From a virus, in the IMG/VR virus record IMGVR_UViG_3300035670_000149, positions 8,628-72,627 of that record: 64,000 bases of DNA. The stretch is one strand, 5' to 3'. A program made the position numbers and the translations under genes. Below are positions 1-9,351 of the stretch, piece after piece. Each line of letters begins with the position of its first letter. The stretch's first letter is position 1. Below the pieces are notes generated by a model that saw only the letters and a list, made by a program, of their open reading frames with translations, had not been told where the DNA came from and made no database searches.

Positions 1-856
1 CATTTCCTGTAAATGTAGAAACACCAGAAACTACAAGACTGCTTGTTCTTATATCTGCTGTGCTTCCAACACTAATACCAGTCAGTTGAGATCCATCTCC
101 AACAAATGATGATGCTGTTACAATACCAAGGGTGGAGTAACCACCATTAGACATTGTAGATACGCCAGCAACTTCTACTCTTTTGAATGCAGTAACATCA
201 TTGAGTACATCTAGTTCAGAAATAGTGCTGATACCGCTAACATTAATCGCTTTTGCAAAAAATGTATTTGATGTTACTGTAGTAACTCCTGCGAAAGTAG
301 AAACTCCAGTTACACTTAACTGATTTGCAAATAAAGTAGAAGTAGATGTAGTAACTCCTGCGAAAGTAGAAACTCCAGTTACACTTAACTGATTTGCAAA
401 TAAAGTAGAAGTAGATGTAGTAACTCCTGCGAAAGTAGAAACTCCAGTTACACTTAGATTAGTAAGGTCTGTTTGCCCAGATACTGTTGCAATTCCACTT
501 CCTACATTTAGATTTGAAAGTGTTGATTGCCCAGTTACTGATAATGTCGCAGTTGTAGTTATGCCAGAATTATTGATTTGACTTGAATTAACGTTTTCAG
601 TAGTAATTCCAACGGTAATTGTTGCAATACCAGAACTGATATTAGATACAGTAAAATAATCGGCAAAATCTATTTTTGATGCTGCCCCTTTGCTGACTCC
701 ATCATCAAGAATAGTTACACCAGAACCAACTGCCGTTACTCCAGTAATACCAGAACCCTCACCAAACAATATCGCAGCTGTAAGGATACCAGAAATATTT
801 ACATCGCCAGATACTTGTTCTGATAAAAGTTTTGCTATATTACGTGCTCTAGTCAT
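1..856 (-). CDS. Tail fibre-like virion protein (runs off the window edge)
   Basis: Not in the ORF track. ATG at 856 reads MTRARNIAKLLSEQVSGDVNISGILTAA... and stays open to base 1. It carries VTGVSTF repeats and the ASSFVGDGSQLTGI fibre motif, with a late promoter just upstream. Confidence 0.8.
   Translation of the reverse strand, partial: MTRARNIAKLLSEQVSGDVNISGILTAAILFGEGSGITGVTAVGSGVTILDDGVSKGAASKIDFADYFTVSNISSGIATITVGITTENVNSSQINNSGITTTATLSVTGQSTLSNLNVGSGIATVSGQTDLTNLSVTGVSTFAGVTTSTSTLFANQLSVTGVSTFAGVTTSTSTLFANQLSVTGVSTFAGVTTVTSNTFFAKAINVSGISTISELDVLNDVTAFKRVEVAGVSTMSNGGYSTLGIVTASSFVGDGSQLTGISVGSTADIRTSSLVVSGVSTFTGN
278..456. repeat. Perfect 69-bp tandem repeat, about 2.6 copies (23-aa unit, LSVTGVSTFAGVTTSTSTLFANQ)
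   Basis: Identical units start at 278, 347 and 416. Confidence 0.95.
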
Positions 857-873
857 TGCACACAGTTTTTAGT

Positions 874-880
874 TATTTAT
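874..880 (-). promoter_or_regulatory. T4-type late promoter (ATAAATA)
   Basis: CATAAATAACT lies 18 nt upstream of the fibre ATG at 856. Confidence 0.75.
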
Positions 881-885
881 GTACA

Positions 886-1356
886 TCAAATAGTCATCAA
901 GTCAGCACCACATGCTTGGAACAACATATAAAACTGCCACAAAACTTCCACTTCAAATTCATGGAATGTTAGATTTTCTTTTGTAGAATCTAATCTTTGA
1001 CAACTATTTTTATCTACAACGACGGTAGGAACTGTTTCATGTTTTTCTGGTGCAAACAAATACGTCTTACAATTAACATATGCTAAACTATTTGCAATCG
1101 GAGAATCATTCCTTGTGCTGATTCCAAGAATCAAATCTGCATGTTTAGCAGCATATTCAATCCACGGAAGATGCCATGGTTGATCTTTAGATAGTGCAGA
1201 AAGATGAACAGCATCTGGAGCAAAACAGAATTTACCAAGATACCTATTCATATCACTTGCAACATGTTGGGCAATAGCAAGATTTCCGCCATTTCCAATA
1301 ATAGCAATACTGTTTGATTGGTTGACCAGTTCAATTAGATCTAAAGAAATCGTCAC
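886..1356 (-). CDS. SIS-domain sugar-phosphate isomerase (GmhA-like)
   Basis: IIGNGGNLAIAQH motif, LILGIST motif and C-terminal FHEFE, typical of the GmhA/SIS fold. Confidence 0.7.
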   Translation of the reverse strand: MTISLDLIELVNQSNSIAIIGNGGNLAIAQHVASDMNRYLGKFCFAPDAVHLSALSKDQPWHLPWIEYAAKHADLILGISTRNDSPIANSLAYVNCKTYLFAPEKHETVPTVVVDKNSCQRLDSTKENLTFHEFEVEVLWQFYMLFQACGADLMTI

Positions 1357-1657
1357 TGTTTACTCCTTTATCGTCAATGTAAATGTCGCCAGAATATTTT
1401 CCAAGAATGAGTTTAGTAAACTTACATCCCCAAGTTTCTAGTTGATTATATGTGTAATTATACCACTTTTGATGAGCATTGTGAATAGATCCATCATATT
1501 CTCCCATTCCACGAGCAGTGTAGTAGATAATTTCATGTCCTTCATCAAAGAGTTGATTTATCTTCTCAATGCGATCATAATAAACTTTACCAGTTCCAAA
1601 TCCTGGATTGTTTACATGTTCACAGATTGTTCCATCTATGTCTACGATGTATTTCAT
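1331..1657 (-). CDS. Small HAD-family phosphatase (capsule-biosynthesis phosphatase-like)
   Basis: N-terminal DIDGT, YTARG and C-terminal GK...DIYIDDK HAD motifs. Confidence 0.8.
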   Translation of the reverse strand: MKYIVDIDGTICEHVNNPGFGTGKVYYDRIEKINQLFDEGHEIIYYTARGMGEYDGSIHNAHQKWYNYTYNQLETWGCKFTKLILGKYSGDIYIDDKGVNSDDFFRSN

Positions 1658-2345
1658 CTTTTACCACTTCAATGTCAGATAAACGATCAACGGCATGTGT
1701 TCTTGTTTGAATATTAAATGGTCTTACTGGTACTTTTCCAATAAAACCTAACGTATCAAGACTAGCACAGTCTTCTACCATACGCAAGTCATACTGTCCG
1801 AATTTTGAAATCGTATCGTAGTCATAAACGTAAAGACCAGATATGCCAAAAATGTGACGATTGATCATCCATTCTTTTTCTGGATTCCTCGATAACCAAA
1901 TGATACAATTGTTGTTTACAACTGCCTTTACACAATCTTCATCCGCAAGATCATTTTCATCAATATTGTAAATTGCCTGAACCATCTGATGTTTATGATC
2001 AACTGCATATTGAATCATTGCGTCCATGGCAGTCACATTCATGCATGGTTCATCACCTTGAAGATTGACAACATAATCTGGACGACGATCTAACATGTGA
2101 GAGCACAGATAAACTCTATGCGTACATGTAGGACATTTTTCAGTAATGATACACTTGTGCCCATAATTTGTCACAACATCATAGATGTCCTGATCTTCAG
2201 TTGCAACAACAATCTCATCAATTTTAATACTTTCTTTTGCACGATCAATTACATGCAAAATCATCTCTTTTCCTTTGATTTTGTATAATGGTTTGCCAGG
2301 AAATCTTGATGATCCTAATCGAGCAGGAATAATACAAGTAATCAT
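1620..2345 (-). CDS. kdsB: 3-deoxy-manno-octulosonate (Kdo) cytidylyltransferase-like protein
   Basis: IPARLGSSRFPGKPL, VATED, VNLQGDEP, GLYVY and AVD motifs of CMP-Kdo synthetase. Confidence 0.85.
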   Translation of the reverse strand: MITCIIPARLGSSRFPGKPLYKIKGKEMILHVIDRAKESIKIDEIVVATEDQDIYDVVTNYGHKCIITEKCPTCTHRVYLCSHMLDRRPDYVVNLQGDEPCMNVTAMDAMIQYAVDHKHQMVQAIYNIDENDLADEDCVKAVVNNNCIIWLSRNPEKEWMINRHIFGISGLYVYDYDTISKFGQYDLRMVEDCASLDTLGFIGKVPVRPFNIQTRTHAVDRLSDIEVVKDEIHRRHRWNNL

Positions 2346-3340
2346 AGTTCAGGAATCAGTTTAGCAACTTCAGGATGATACTCCATTTTATCATACATTT
2401 TACACTTCATCTCAAGTTTTTCTATCGCTTTGTCTTTATCATATAACGAAAGAGGAACTGCTTCAGGAATGATTCTACCTGTAGAGTTTCCATAGAACCA
2501 ATCATCCCACATTCTACCATGATTCTCAGTCAAACGATTTGAATAAAAGTTTAACATGTAAAGAGATTTGAGTAATTGTTCTGGTGTTTCCCTTTTGTGT
2601 GGACACAGAAACAATTTGACCATGCTGGATATAATTTCACGATCATCTACATTCTGTATCCAAAGATCTTCAAACTTCTTGTGAATTAGTTCTAGATTGG
2701 CATAGGTATCAATCGTACTCTCTTTGTCAAAGCGATAGAAAATATCACCAGGATCGTAATAACGAACGATTGCACCACTATAATATGCATAAAGAGTTGC
2801 TGATGTAAAGAGTGGGAAATAAAATAACTTAAACTTTCCCATTGCCACAGCAAGACCTAATTGCCATTCTTCAATACCTGGATCATTGAAAATGCTGATA
2901 ATTTTCACATTTTCCAATCCTTCATATGCAAAGGCACGATACCATTCATCCTTTTGTTCTGCAGGTGCCATTGCATAAACTGGTTCATTAGAAGTTGATA
3001 CGATTTGTCTAAAGTTTTCGTAGACAACCTTATTGAAATCAATTCCAGTTGCAATATCTCCCTTTGGAAGAAAGATGCAGATACCTTTTCTTTCTTGCCT
3101 TGGAATCAGTGCATCAGCATAAACAAAAGGACTCGCACCTAGGTGAACATAATATGATGGTTTTGTGAGTTTGTTTTGTAAATACTCACTCCAGATGTAA
3201 ACACTGGAGCACATGAAGTCAGCATAGAACTCTTTACGTCCCATGGTTTCTGTCTGCACCCCAGGAATAAAATTATAATCTAAAAACTGGTCAGTTCCTG
3301 CCCAATAGTTGAGAAGTTCTTTAGTTCCAAAACGACTCAT
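2342..3340 (-). CDS. Hypothetical protein, possible GT-B glycosyltransferase; paralog of 13683-14651
   Basis: Shares the blocks GASPFVY, FLPKGD, YFPLFTSATLYAYYSG and ETPEQL with ORF 13683. It overlaps the kdsB start. Confidence 0.5.
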   Translation of the reverse strand: MSRFGTKELLNYWAGTDQFLDYNFIPGVQTETMGRKEFYADFMCSSVYIWSEYLQNKLTKPSYYVHLGASPFVYADALIPRQERKGICIFLPKGDIATGIDFNKVVYENFRQIVSTSNEPVYAMAPAEQKDEWYRAFAYEGLENVKIISIFNDPGIEEWQLGLAVAMGKFKLFYFPLFTSATLYAYYSGAIVRYYDPGDIFYRFDKESTIDTYANLELIHKKFEDLWIQNVDDREIISSMVKLFLCPHKRETPEQLLKSLYMLNFYSNRLTENHGRMWDDWFYGNSTGRIIPEAVPLSLYDKDKAIEKLEMKCKMYDKMEYHPEVAKLIPEL

Positions 3341-3696
3341 AGTTGATTATCATCAGTGTTGAATAGGTTATTCATCTCTTCTTCTGTTAGAATATCTTTT
3401 TGATAGAGAACTTTGAGCATCTTGTGCAGTTTTCTTTCAAAGTTTCTATGAAGTTTGAGATCTTCTCCATCCCAATCTGGATTGAATCTCCACCCATCAG
3501 TTGGATTGAATTTATATTTTTTCTTGTACCAATTCTTTGGTTCTTCTACATCTTCATGAAGAACGTAGTAGTGAGGTAGATCTGGAATCATGGTATTGTC
3601 AATCCACCACTGACCCAGATCTTCATCAAATCTGATTGGGATAAAGTCTGGAAAAAGATATACGCTTTCTTCGTATTCGTTACAAAGGGTCTTCAT
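3337..3696 (-). CDS. Hypothetical protein
   Basis: 119-aa ORF coupled to the next gene by an ATGA overlap and preceded by a consensus promoter. Confidence 0.6.
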   Translation of the reverse strand: MKTLCNEYEESVYLFPDFIPIRFDEDLGQWWIDNTMIPDLPHYYVLHEDVEEPKNWYKKKYKFNPTDGWRFNPDWDGEDLKLHRNFERKLHKMLKVLYQKDILTEEEMNNLFNTDDNQL

Positions 3697-3718
3697 ATTC
3701 GCTCAAGATGATGTGATT

Positions 3719-3747
3719 ATTATAGATGAGTTTTTGAGTTATGTCAA
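3719..3747 (-). promoter_or_regulatory. Consensus sigma70-type promoter TTGACA-N17-TATAAT
   Basis: Exact consensus boxes at 3747-3742 and 3724-3719, upstream of the five-gene kdsB module. Confidence 0.85.
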
Positions 3748-4616
3748 ATTATGGTATAAGTTTCTACTGCAGATCCTGGTGGTGCAGATGTGTCATCAAC
3801 AACTACTACGTTATTTACAACAATAAGAACTTTTCCAGTAGTGCCTGGGGCGTTTGGATATGGGCTAGGATTATTATATGTTCCACTTCCACCAGAGGGA
3901 CTACCTGGAGCTCCATTTCCTGACAGATTTGTAGTTGATGTAATTGTAAAAGAACCAAATCCAGGTTGAGTTACTGTTCCGGAATTAACATATCCTGATC
4001 CTCCACCTCCTCCTGCATCATATCCACCATTAGTGCCACCACCGCCACCACCATACCAACCACCGCCGCCGCCGCCGCCTTCGGTGGGGGATGCGCCATT
4101 CCCACCTAACCACTGACCTCCTGAACTTGCGCCTGATCCGCCGCCACCGCCGGCATTTTGAGTGGCACCACCACCCCGTAAACCAAAATCTGGAATCTCT
4201 ACTGCAGTTGTACCAGAAGGTCCACCCCCAGCACCGCCTTGTGCGCTATCATATCCATCATTTCCGCCACCGCCGGCACCGCCAGCAACTCCCAATACAT
4301 AAGTTCTACCTGTAGTGCCATCTACTGGACCAACAAAAGCTGCAGAAAACCCGCCAGCTGCGCGAGACCCGCCTCCTCCAGTATAAAAATTTCTTGCTCC
4401 ATCTCTAGATCCAACAATATATCCAATAACTGTTCCTGGATTAGCAGTTCCTTGTATTTGTACCCATCCGCCGCCGCCTGGCGCGCCGCCCCTGCCCGGT
4501 GTACCAAACCCACCCCAAAGATAGATTTGTATATTTTTTGGTCCGGAGGCCCCCCTTAATTTTTTTCTATTACCAAATCCAAAAGATTGAGAAATTCTTG
4601 ATACAATAGGTGCCAT
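3744..4616 (-). CDS. Glycine-rich putative adhesin/fibre-tip protein
   Basis: LWGG, AGGAGGGG, GGGGGGGWYGGGGGG and GGGGGSGYV blocks, typical of polyglycine-II domains. Directly follows a fibre gene. Confidence 0.65.
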   Translation of the reverse strand: MAPIVSRISQSFGFGNRKKLRGASGPKNIQIYLWGGFGTPGRGGAPGGGGWVQIQGTANPGTVIGYIVGSRDGARNFYTGGGGSRAAGGFSAAFVGPVDGTTGRTYVLGVAGGAGGGGNDGYDSAQGGAGGGPSGTTAVEIPDFGLRGGGATQNAGGGGGSGASSGGQWLGGNGASPTEGGGGGGGWYGGGGGGTNGGYDAGGGGGSGYVNSGTVTQPGFGSFTITSTTNLSGNGAPGSPSGGSGTYNNPSPYPNAPGTTGKVLIVVNNVVVVDDTSAPPGSAVETYTII

Positions 4617-5635
4617 CAGAAAAATCCGCCAGAAACAATTCCAAATACTTCGTAATTAGCAGCAGAACTTGCTGAACCAATTGTATTTACTCCAACAAAA
4701 TTATAAACTGTGTATCCATTGGTGGTTGTGACACCTGAAGTTGCCTCGTTTCTAGAACCTCCAGCAAACTTCACTGCTCTTTCTACACCATTTAGTCTAA
4801 CAAACGTATGACAACTGCGACCAGTTCCTGTTGTTCTTAGAATTGCAGAAACAGAAATTGAATGATTGTCAAAAGAACTATCAGTTGGAATTCCTTCAAC
4901 TCTAATTACAACATCAGCAGAAGGATTATCAAAATAGATAATATTTGCAGTGGATGTATATGTGCAGACTCCAACACTTGATGATGCTGATACTCTAACC
5001 ATCTTTTCTGCGACGTTAGAGAATCTAGATTCATTCGGAATTACAACGTTAGTGATTGTAGTAACACCGGTAATTGTAGTATTACTTAGATTTGCTTGAC
5101 CACTAATTGTAGTAATTCCACCAGTAACTTGGAGACCGTTTCTAGCAGTAATCAATCCAATTGAGTCTACATTAGTTACATCATCATAAGTCAAAGTACC
5201 ACCAACAGTTACATTTCCAGCAAATGTTGCTGCAACACCAGAAATATTTCCACTGAACTGTGTTGCAGTGACAACTCCCAATGCATTGATATGTCTTGCA
5301 CTTAGATCTGCAGTCAAAGAAAGATTAGAACCCGTAGCACCTGGTCCTAATCCAGTGGCACTACCAGCATTAGTTGCAGTGCCATTAAAAGTATTTGCGG
5401 TGATGATGCCAATACCAGTTCCATCAATAGAGACAGTTCCAAAATTACCTTTAGATGCCGTAATTACGCCAGAGTTTCCATCAATAGAGACAGTTCCAAA
5501 ATTACCTTTAGATGCCGTAATTACGCCAGAGTTTCCATCTAGGGTTATACCAATTCCAATATCTATTGGTTGTGATGGAGATGTTCCTAGCCCAGATCCA
5601 ACTGCTGCTAGATTTGTAGCTTTTGTTATTGCCAT
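4616..5635 (-). CDS. Tail fibre-like virion protein
   Basis: GNVTVGGTLTYDDVTNVDSIGLITARNG cyanophage fibre motif. Likely start is MAITK. Confidence 0.75.
   Translation of the reverse strand: MAITKATNLAAVGSGLGTSPSQPIDIGIGITLDGNSGVITASKGNFGTVSIDGNSGVITASKGNFGTVSIDGTGIGIITANTFNGTATNAGSATGLGPGATGSNLSLTADLSARHINALGVVTATQFSGNISGVAATFAGNVTVGGTLTYDDVTNVDSIGLITARNGLQVTGGITTISGQANLSNTTITGVTTITNVVIPNESRFSNVAEKMVRVSASSSVGVCTYTSTANIIYFDNPSADVVIRVEGIPTDSSFDNHSISVSAILRTTGTGRSCHTFVRLNGVERAVKFAGGSRNEATSGVTTTNGYTVYNFVGVNTIGSASSAANYEVFGIVSGGFF
5419..5539. repeat. Perfect 57-bp tandem duplication (19 aa, DGNSGVITASKGNFGTVSI)
   Basis: Identical units start at 5419 and 5476. Confidence 0.95.
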
Positions 5636-5654
5636 TACCGACAAATTTTTTAGT

Positions 5655-5661
5655 TATTTAT
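5655..5661 (-). promoter_or_regulatory. T4-type late promoter (ATAAATA)
   Basis: GATAAATAACT immediately upstream of the fibre gene 4616-5635. Confidence 0.75.
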
Positions 5662-6284
5662 CAGAGCAATAATTCGCTTATTCCTACCATTCCTTTTGGA
5701 AATATATTGAAAGATAATGAATAACGATCTTTGTTTGATAGATTTGGTTTCACAGAATGAGAAAGACCAGAACTGAATAATAATAGTGTTCCAGTTACAG
5801 CAGGAACAGTATAATGTGGGGTGTTATATGCATTGAATTTTGTATGTGTAAATGGGAGGGAAATTTGATGATAAGCATGGGAACATCCCATTGCACTTGC
5901 ATTATGAAATACAATATCGCCGGAATTTTCTGGAGCATCAATGTAGAGAACTCCACTAAAAATAGATCCTGTATGATTATGCATTACACAATGATGTCCA
6001 TAGGAATGTCTCAATGCCCATGATCTTCCATAATCAAAAACAAGATCATCATCAATCAGATACACATCTTTAGATAATTTATCAACGTTACCACAAATAT
6101 GTTGTTTTATATTTGAAAATATTTTATGGTCTAAGATTGATTTGTTTTTTGACCAATCGCCATTACCAATATGAACTGGTTCATACTCAAGATTCTTCAC
6201 ATATTCAACTACTTCATTAGTAATGAGATGCTGAATATGATCAATCACCAACGGAATTGCAAAAATAGGTATAATTTCTGTCAT
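5661..6284 (-). CDS. 2OG-Fe(II) oxygenase (TIGR02466-like)
   Basis: HNH...SGVLY...F(P/S)SxLxHSV...R.SLSFN pattern. Confidence 0.8.
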   Translation of the reverse strand: MTEIIPIFAIPLVIDHIQHLITNEVVEYVKNLEYEPVHIGNGDWSKNKSILDHKIFSNIKQHICGNVDKLSKDVYLIDDDLVFDYGRSWALRHSYGHHCVMHNHTGSIFSGVLYIDAPENSGDIVFHNASAMGCSHAYHQISLPFTHTKFNAYNTPHYTVPAVTGTLLLFSSGLSHSVKPNLSNKDRYSLSFNIFPKGMVGISELLL

Positions 6285-6868
6285 GAGAACGATATATTGA
6301 AGGCTACTGAAATTCTCTCTTGATCTGATTTATTTGAGGTGACCGAATGATTTAAGTGGGATGGAAACAATATCATTAACCCTTCTTGAGGTTCAACATA
6401 GAACCAATCATAAGCATTAGTTGATTTTTTAAACTCTTCACTATAGTTTGATAGTGTTTTGTACTGTTGAAAACTGCAAGGAGATTCAAAAACTATATTG
6501 CCACTATTTTTTGGTACTTTTAACCATAAAACCCCAGATAAGTCACAACCTGGATGATTATGAGAATGATTATAATTTCCCGTATCATTACAATTTAACC
6601 ACATACTATTCATTTTAGCAGTGGAAAAATTATTGAAAATTTGTTTATTCGCAAAGAAACTTTCTAATTGAGTATCTATCAAACTTTTGATTAGATTGTC
6701 TTCTTTTTGATTGTAATCATCTGTTGATTGCCACCCGCCAGCATTTGATTTTTTTACTCCAGATGATTTTGATTTTTCTTGATGCACATATGATATTAAG
6801 TCATTTTTATGGTAAGAAAAATTTTCTAAAAAGAAAGTATGAATAATGCAAGGAAAAATTGTAATCAT
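6281..6868 (-). CDS. 2OG-Fe(II) oxygenase (TIGR02466-like)
   Basis: SNAGGWQS, HNHPGCDLSGVLW, FPSHLNHSV and RISVAFN. Confidence 0.85.
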   Translation of the reverse strand: MITIFPCIIHTFFLENFSYHKNDLISYVHQEKSKSSGVKKSNAGGWQSTDDYNQKEDNLIKSLIDTQLESFFANKQIFNNFSTAKMNSMWLNCNDTGNYNHSHNHPGCDLSGVLWLKVPKNSGNIVFESPCSFQQYKTLSNYSEEFKKSTNAYDWFYVEPQEGLMILFPSHLNHSVTSNKSDQERISVAFNISFS

Positions 6869-7434
6869 TATTTTTGAAGTGTAAAGACACAGACAAATCT
6901 ATGTTTTCCTACAGACGGAAAAACATTCGTATGAAAATACTTACCATCAAACAGTATAACCTTTCCTGCCTTTGGAGTTATTTGTTTTAGTATATCTAAA
7001 CTTTGACCTTGATCAATTGATATGAAGGTAGGACCTGTATCATAATACTTGTCAAATATAATCGTTTCTCCATCACAATCATTCAAGTACATCAAAACAA
7101 CATAATGATCATCTGTATAATCTATATGTGGTTCCGAAAATTGAGTATCATGATGAATGGTCGAATTTATACATGCTCGTGTTACATTGGAAAAGGAAAT
7201 ATTATGTTTATAGCAAAAGTTTACCACAATACTATAGAAAAAGTCAAAATATACGGATTTTCTTACTTCACCAAGTTCTACTCTTGGCATCAAAGTATGA
7301 CTAAAATATGGAAATTTTTCTGTAGTATATGAGTGCCGATAATAAAACGGCAAATCTGCATTTTTTAAGACATGATAATCAATTTGCTCCAAAATTTTAG
7401 ATGGTATTCCACATTCGTCTTCAATAAAAATCAT
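6868..7434 (-). CDS. 2OG-Fe(II) oxygenase
   Basis: PHID, YLNDCDGET, FDGKYFH and a terminal Arg. Confidence 0.8.
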   Translation of the reverse strand: MIFIEDECGIPSKILEQIDYHVLKNADLPFYYRHSYTTEKFPYFSHTLMPRVELGEVRKSVYFDFFYSIVVNFCYKHNISFSNVTRACINSTIHHDTQFSEPHIDYTDDHYVVLMYLNDCDGETIIFDKYYDTGPTFISIDQGQSLDILKQITPKAGKVILFDGKYFHTNVFPSVGKHRFVCVFTLQK

Positions 7435-7940
7435 GGGTTATATTGAAATGCTATTGAAAGTCTACCAAAATCATTCATCAAAGGAGTTGGAGGAATGATT
7501 TTGTGTTGAATTCTTCCATTAAAAACAACTGCTCTACCTGGTTTTGGTCTTACAATTCCTCCTCTACGAAACTTAGTGCCTGACCCCCAATACCATTTCC
7601 AAACGGGATTTACATAAAAAATTACAGTGCTTCCCCATTCGTCGGTATGATATTCAAAATGTTCAAATGGTTTGATGCAGTTTATAGAAACCTTATAAAG
7701 ATTGTTTGTTTCTGGAATGTTTTTTTCTTTAATTTTATTGTGCAAATAACTTACCAAGGGGTCATCATGCATAATTTCCCCAATCATAGGTTGTCTTATT
7801 GTTCTACCAAAGGACATTCTTTTTACTTGCTGTCCTCTATAATCATCAATTTTATTCCAAATAAAATCATCAGTATTCAAAAAACTATAGATGTCTCTGA
7901 CTTCATCTTGCTTCAAAAAATTATCGTAAATTGTAATCAT
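7431..7940 (-). CDS. 2OG-Fe(II) oxygenase (prolyl-4-hydroxylase-like)
   Basis: HTD, FYVNPVW..WGSGT, PKPGRAVVFNGRIQH and RLSIAF. Start taken as MITIYDNFL (ATGA overlap). Confidence 0.8.
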   Translation of the reverse strand: MITIYDNFLKQDEVRDIYSFLNTDDFIWNKIDDYRGQQVKRMSFGRTIRQPMIGEIMHDDPLVSYLHNKIKEKNIPETNNLYKVSINCIKPFEHFEYHTDEWGSTVIFYVNPVWKWYWGSGTKFRRGGIVRPKPGRAVVFNGRIQHKIIPPTPLMNDFGRLSIAFQYNP

Positions 7941-8482
7941 GATACAAAACTTAACCAACTGGAAATTATATATTTGGTCTCACTCGACGAAGTAAGACCT
8001 TTGTGAGCATGTGTCCACTCAGAAGGCCAAATAACAAGTTTTCCTTGTTTTGGTTTTATGAGTTTTTTTTGATGATAGAATAGGGTTTCTCCGCCATCGT
8101 GAACATCATTCAAATACAGCATCCACACCAGTATTCTAGCACAGGTTTTAATCGTGCTTCTTTCGCAATGCAACTCATGATATGCTTGTCCTGGATAATA
8201 CCGTTTGAGTGATATATTTTCTATTTGACCAAAACTGCTTAGGTTTTTTAGAAATGGATATGTTTTTTCATATTCATGCAATTCAAGTTGCAAGGTTTCT
8301 AATAAACAATCTAGTTCAGGATGATTTGGAGAAAATAATACTTCAGTACAATCCTTCTTATTTTTATTCAAACCTCCAATAGTTTCTCCATCTCGTTGAA
8401 AATTTTTAAGTTCTTCAAATAATGATATCAGTTTTTCACAATTTTCTCGTGAGAGTGCATTATCTTTTTCAAAAATAAACAT
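7937..8482 (-). CDS. 2OG-Fe(II) oxygenase (prolyl-4-hydroxylase-like)
   Basis: HCE, YLNDVHDGGETLF, WPSEWTHAHKG and KYIISSW. Confidence 0.85.
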   Translation of the reverse strand: MFIFEKDNALSRENCEKLISLFEELKNFQRDGETIGGLNKNKKDCTEVLFSPNHPELDCLLETLQLELHEYEKTYPFLKNLSSFGQIENISLKRYYPGQAYHELHCERSTIKTCARILVWMLYLNDVHDGGETLFYHQKKLIKPKQGKLVIWPSEWTHAHKGLTSSSETKYIISSWLSFVS

Positions 8483-9345
8483 TATGTGCTTAAATAAAGT
8501 CTTCCTAACGTTCCAGCATTTCCAGCAGTTCCTCTCACAGGATCGGATGGATTTCCAACAGTTCCTCTAGATCCGCCAAGATTTGATGGAGATGTTACTG
8601 TGGGATGCACATAAGAACTTCCGCCACCGCCACCTGTTGCAGCAAGACAACAAATATCTGGACCACCTTGACCTCCCCAATATCCAGAACCCCCGCCAGA
8701 TCCTCCACCATAACCAGCACCAGGTCCTCCTTGTAAAGGCCAAACAGTATAACCAGGACCACCACCGTTAGTTGATTGATAACCACTACCAGGTTGCCCC
8801 GATGTTCCACCTCCAGCTCCTGCTACCTGCCCTCTGCCACCATCATCAGAATCTGTTGCGCCTCCGCCACCGGCAACTACCCTCGCATTGGCCTGCGAAA
8901 CTGATGAAGCAAAAACTCCATACGCGCCGCCACCAAGAGAAGGTCCAACAACCCCAAAATTTGAATTCATAATTAAAGTATCTCCCGTGGTTCCTGGCAA
9001 ATACCCACCAGCAAACCCTCCAGCTCCAGATGGATATCCTTGATTTGGTTGTCCACCACCACCCCAAGCCCTAATTCTAAGATTATATGGTCCCTGAGCA
9101 ACAAAAGTATGTTGAACTGTTGGTTGAAAACTCAGAGCCCCGTTAGTTACAAAACTCCATGTGCCTGGACCAGAAATTGTTGCTGGAACTGTAAAAGTAT
9201 CTGAAATTGCGGAAGAAAAAACTTGTCTCCAGGTCCCAGCGTCTTTAATATGAACTGTAGAGGAACTTCTCCAAACTCCACCATCTTTTACATGAATACC
9301 AGTTGCGGATCTCCAGGTTCCTCCGTCTTTAATTTGCGTTGCCAT
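8482..9345 (-). CDS. Glycine-rich putative adhesin with N-terminal (I/V)KDGGxWR repeats
   Basis: Three KDxGxWR repeats followed by WGGGG, GAGGFAGG and GGGGGSSYV blocks. Confidence 0.65.
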   Translation of the reverse strand: MATQIKDGGTWRSATGIHVKDGGVWRSSSTVHIKDAGTWRQVFSSAISDTFTVPATISGPGTWSFVTNGALSFQPTVQHTFVAQGPYNLRIRAWGGGGQPNQGYPSGAGGFAGGYLPGTTGDTLIMNSNFGVVGPSLGGGAYGVFASSVSQANARVVAGGGGATDSDDGGRGQVAGAGGGTSGQPGSGYQSTNGGGPGYTVWPLQGGPGAGYGGGSGGGSGYWGGQGGPDICCLAATGGGGGSSYVHPTVTSPSNLGGSRGTVGNPSDPVRGTAGNAGTLGRLYLST

Positions 9346-9351
9346 ATCTTA

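Noticed and set aside
278-456. Repeats as a possible CRISPR array
   Set aside because: The units are head-to-tail without spacers, are multiples of 3 and lie inside coding sequence. The same applies at 5419 and 10780.
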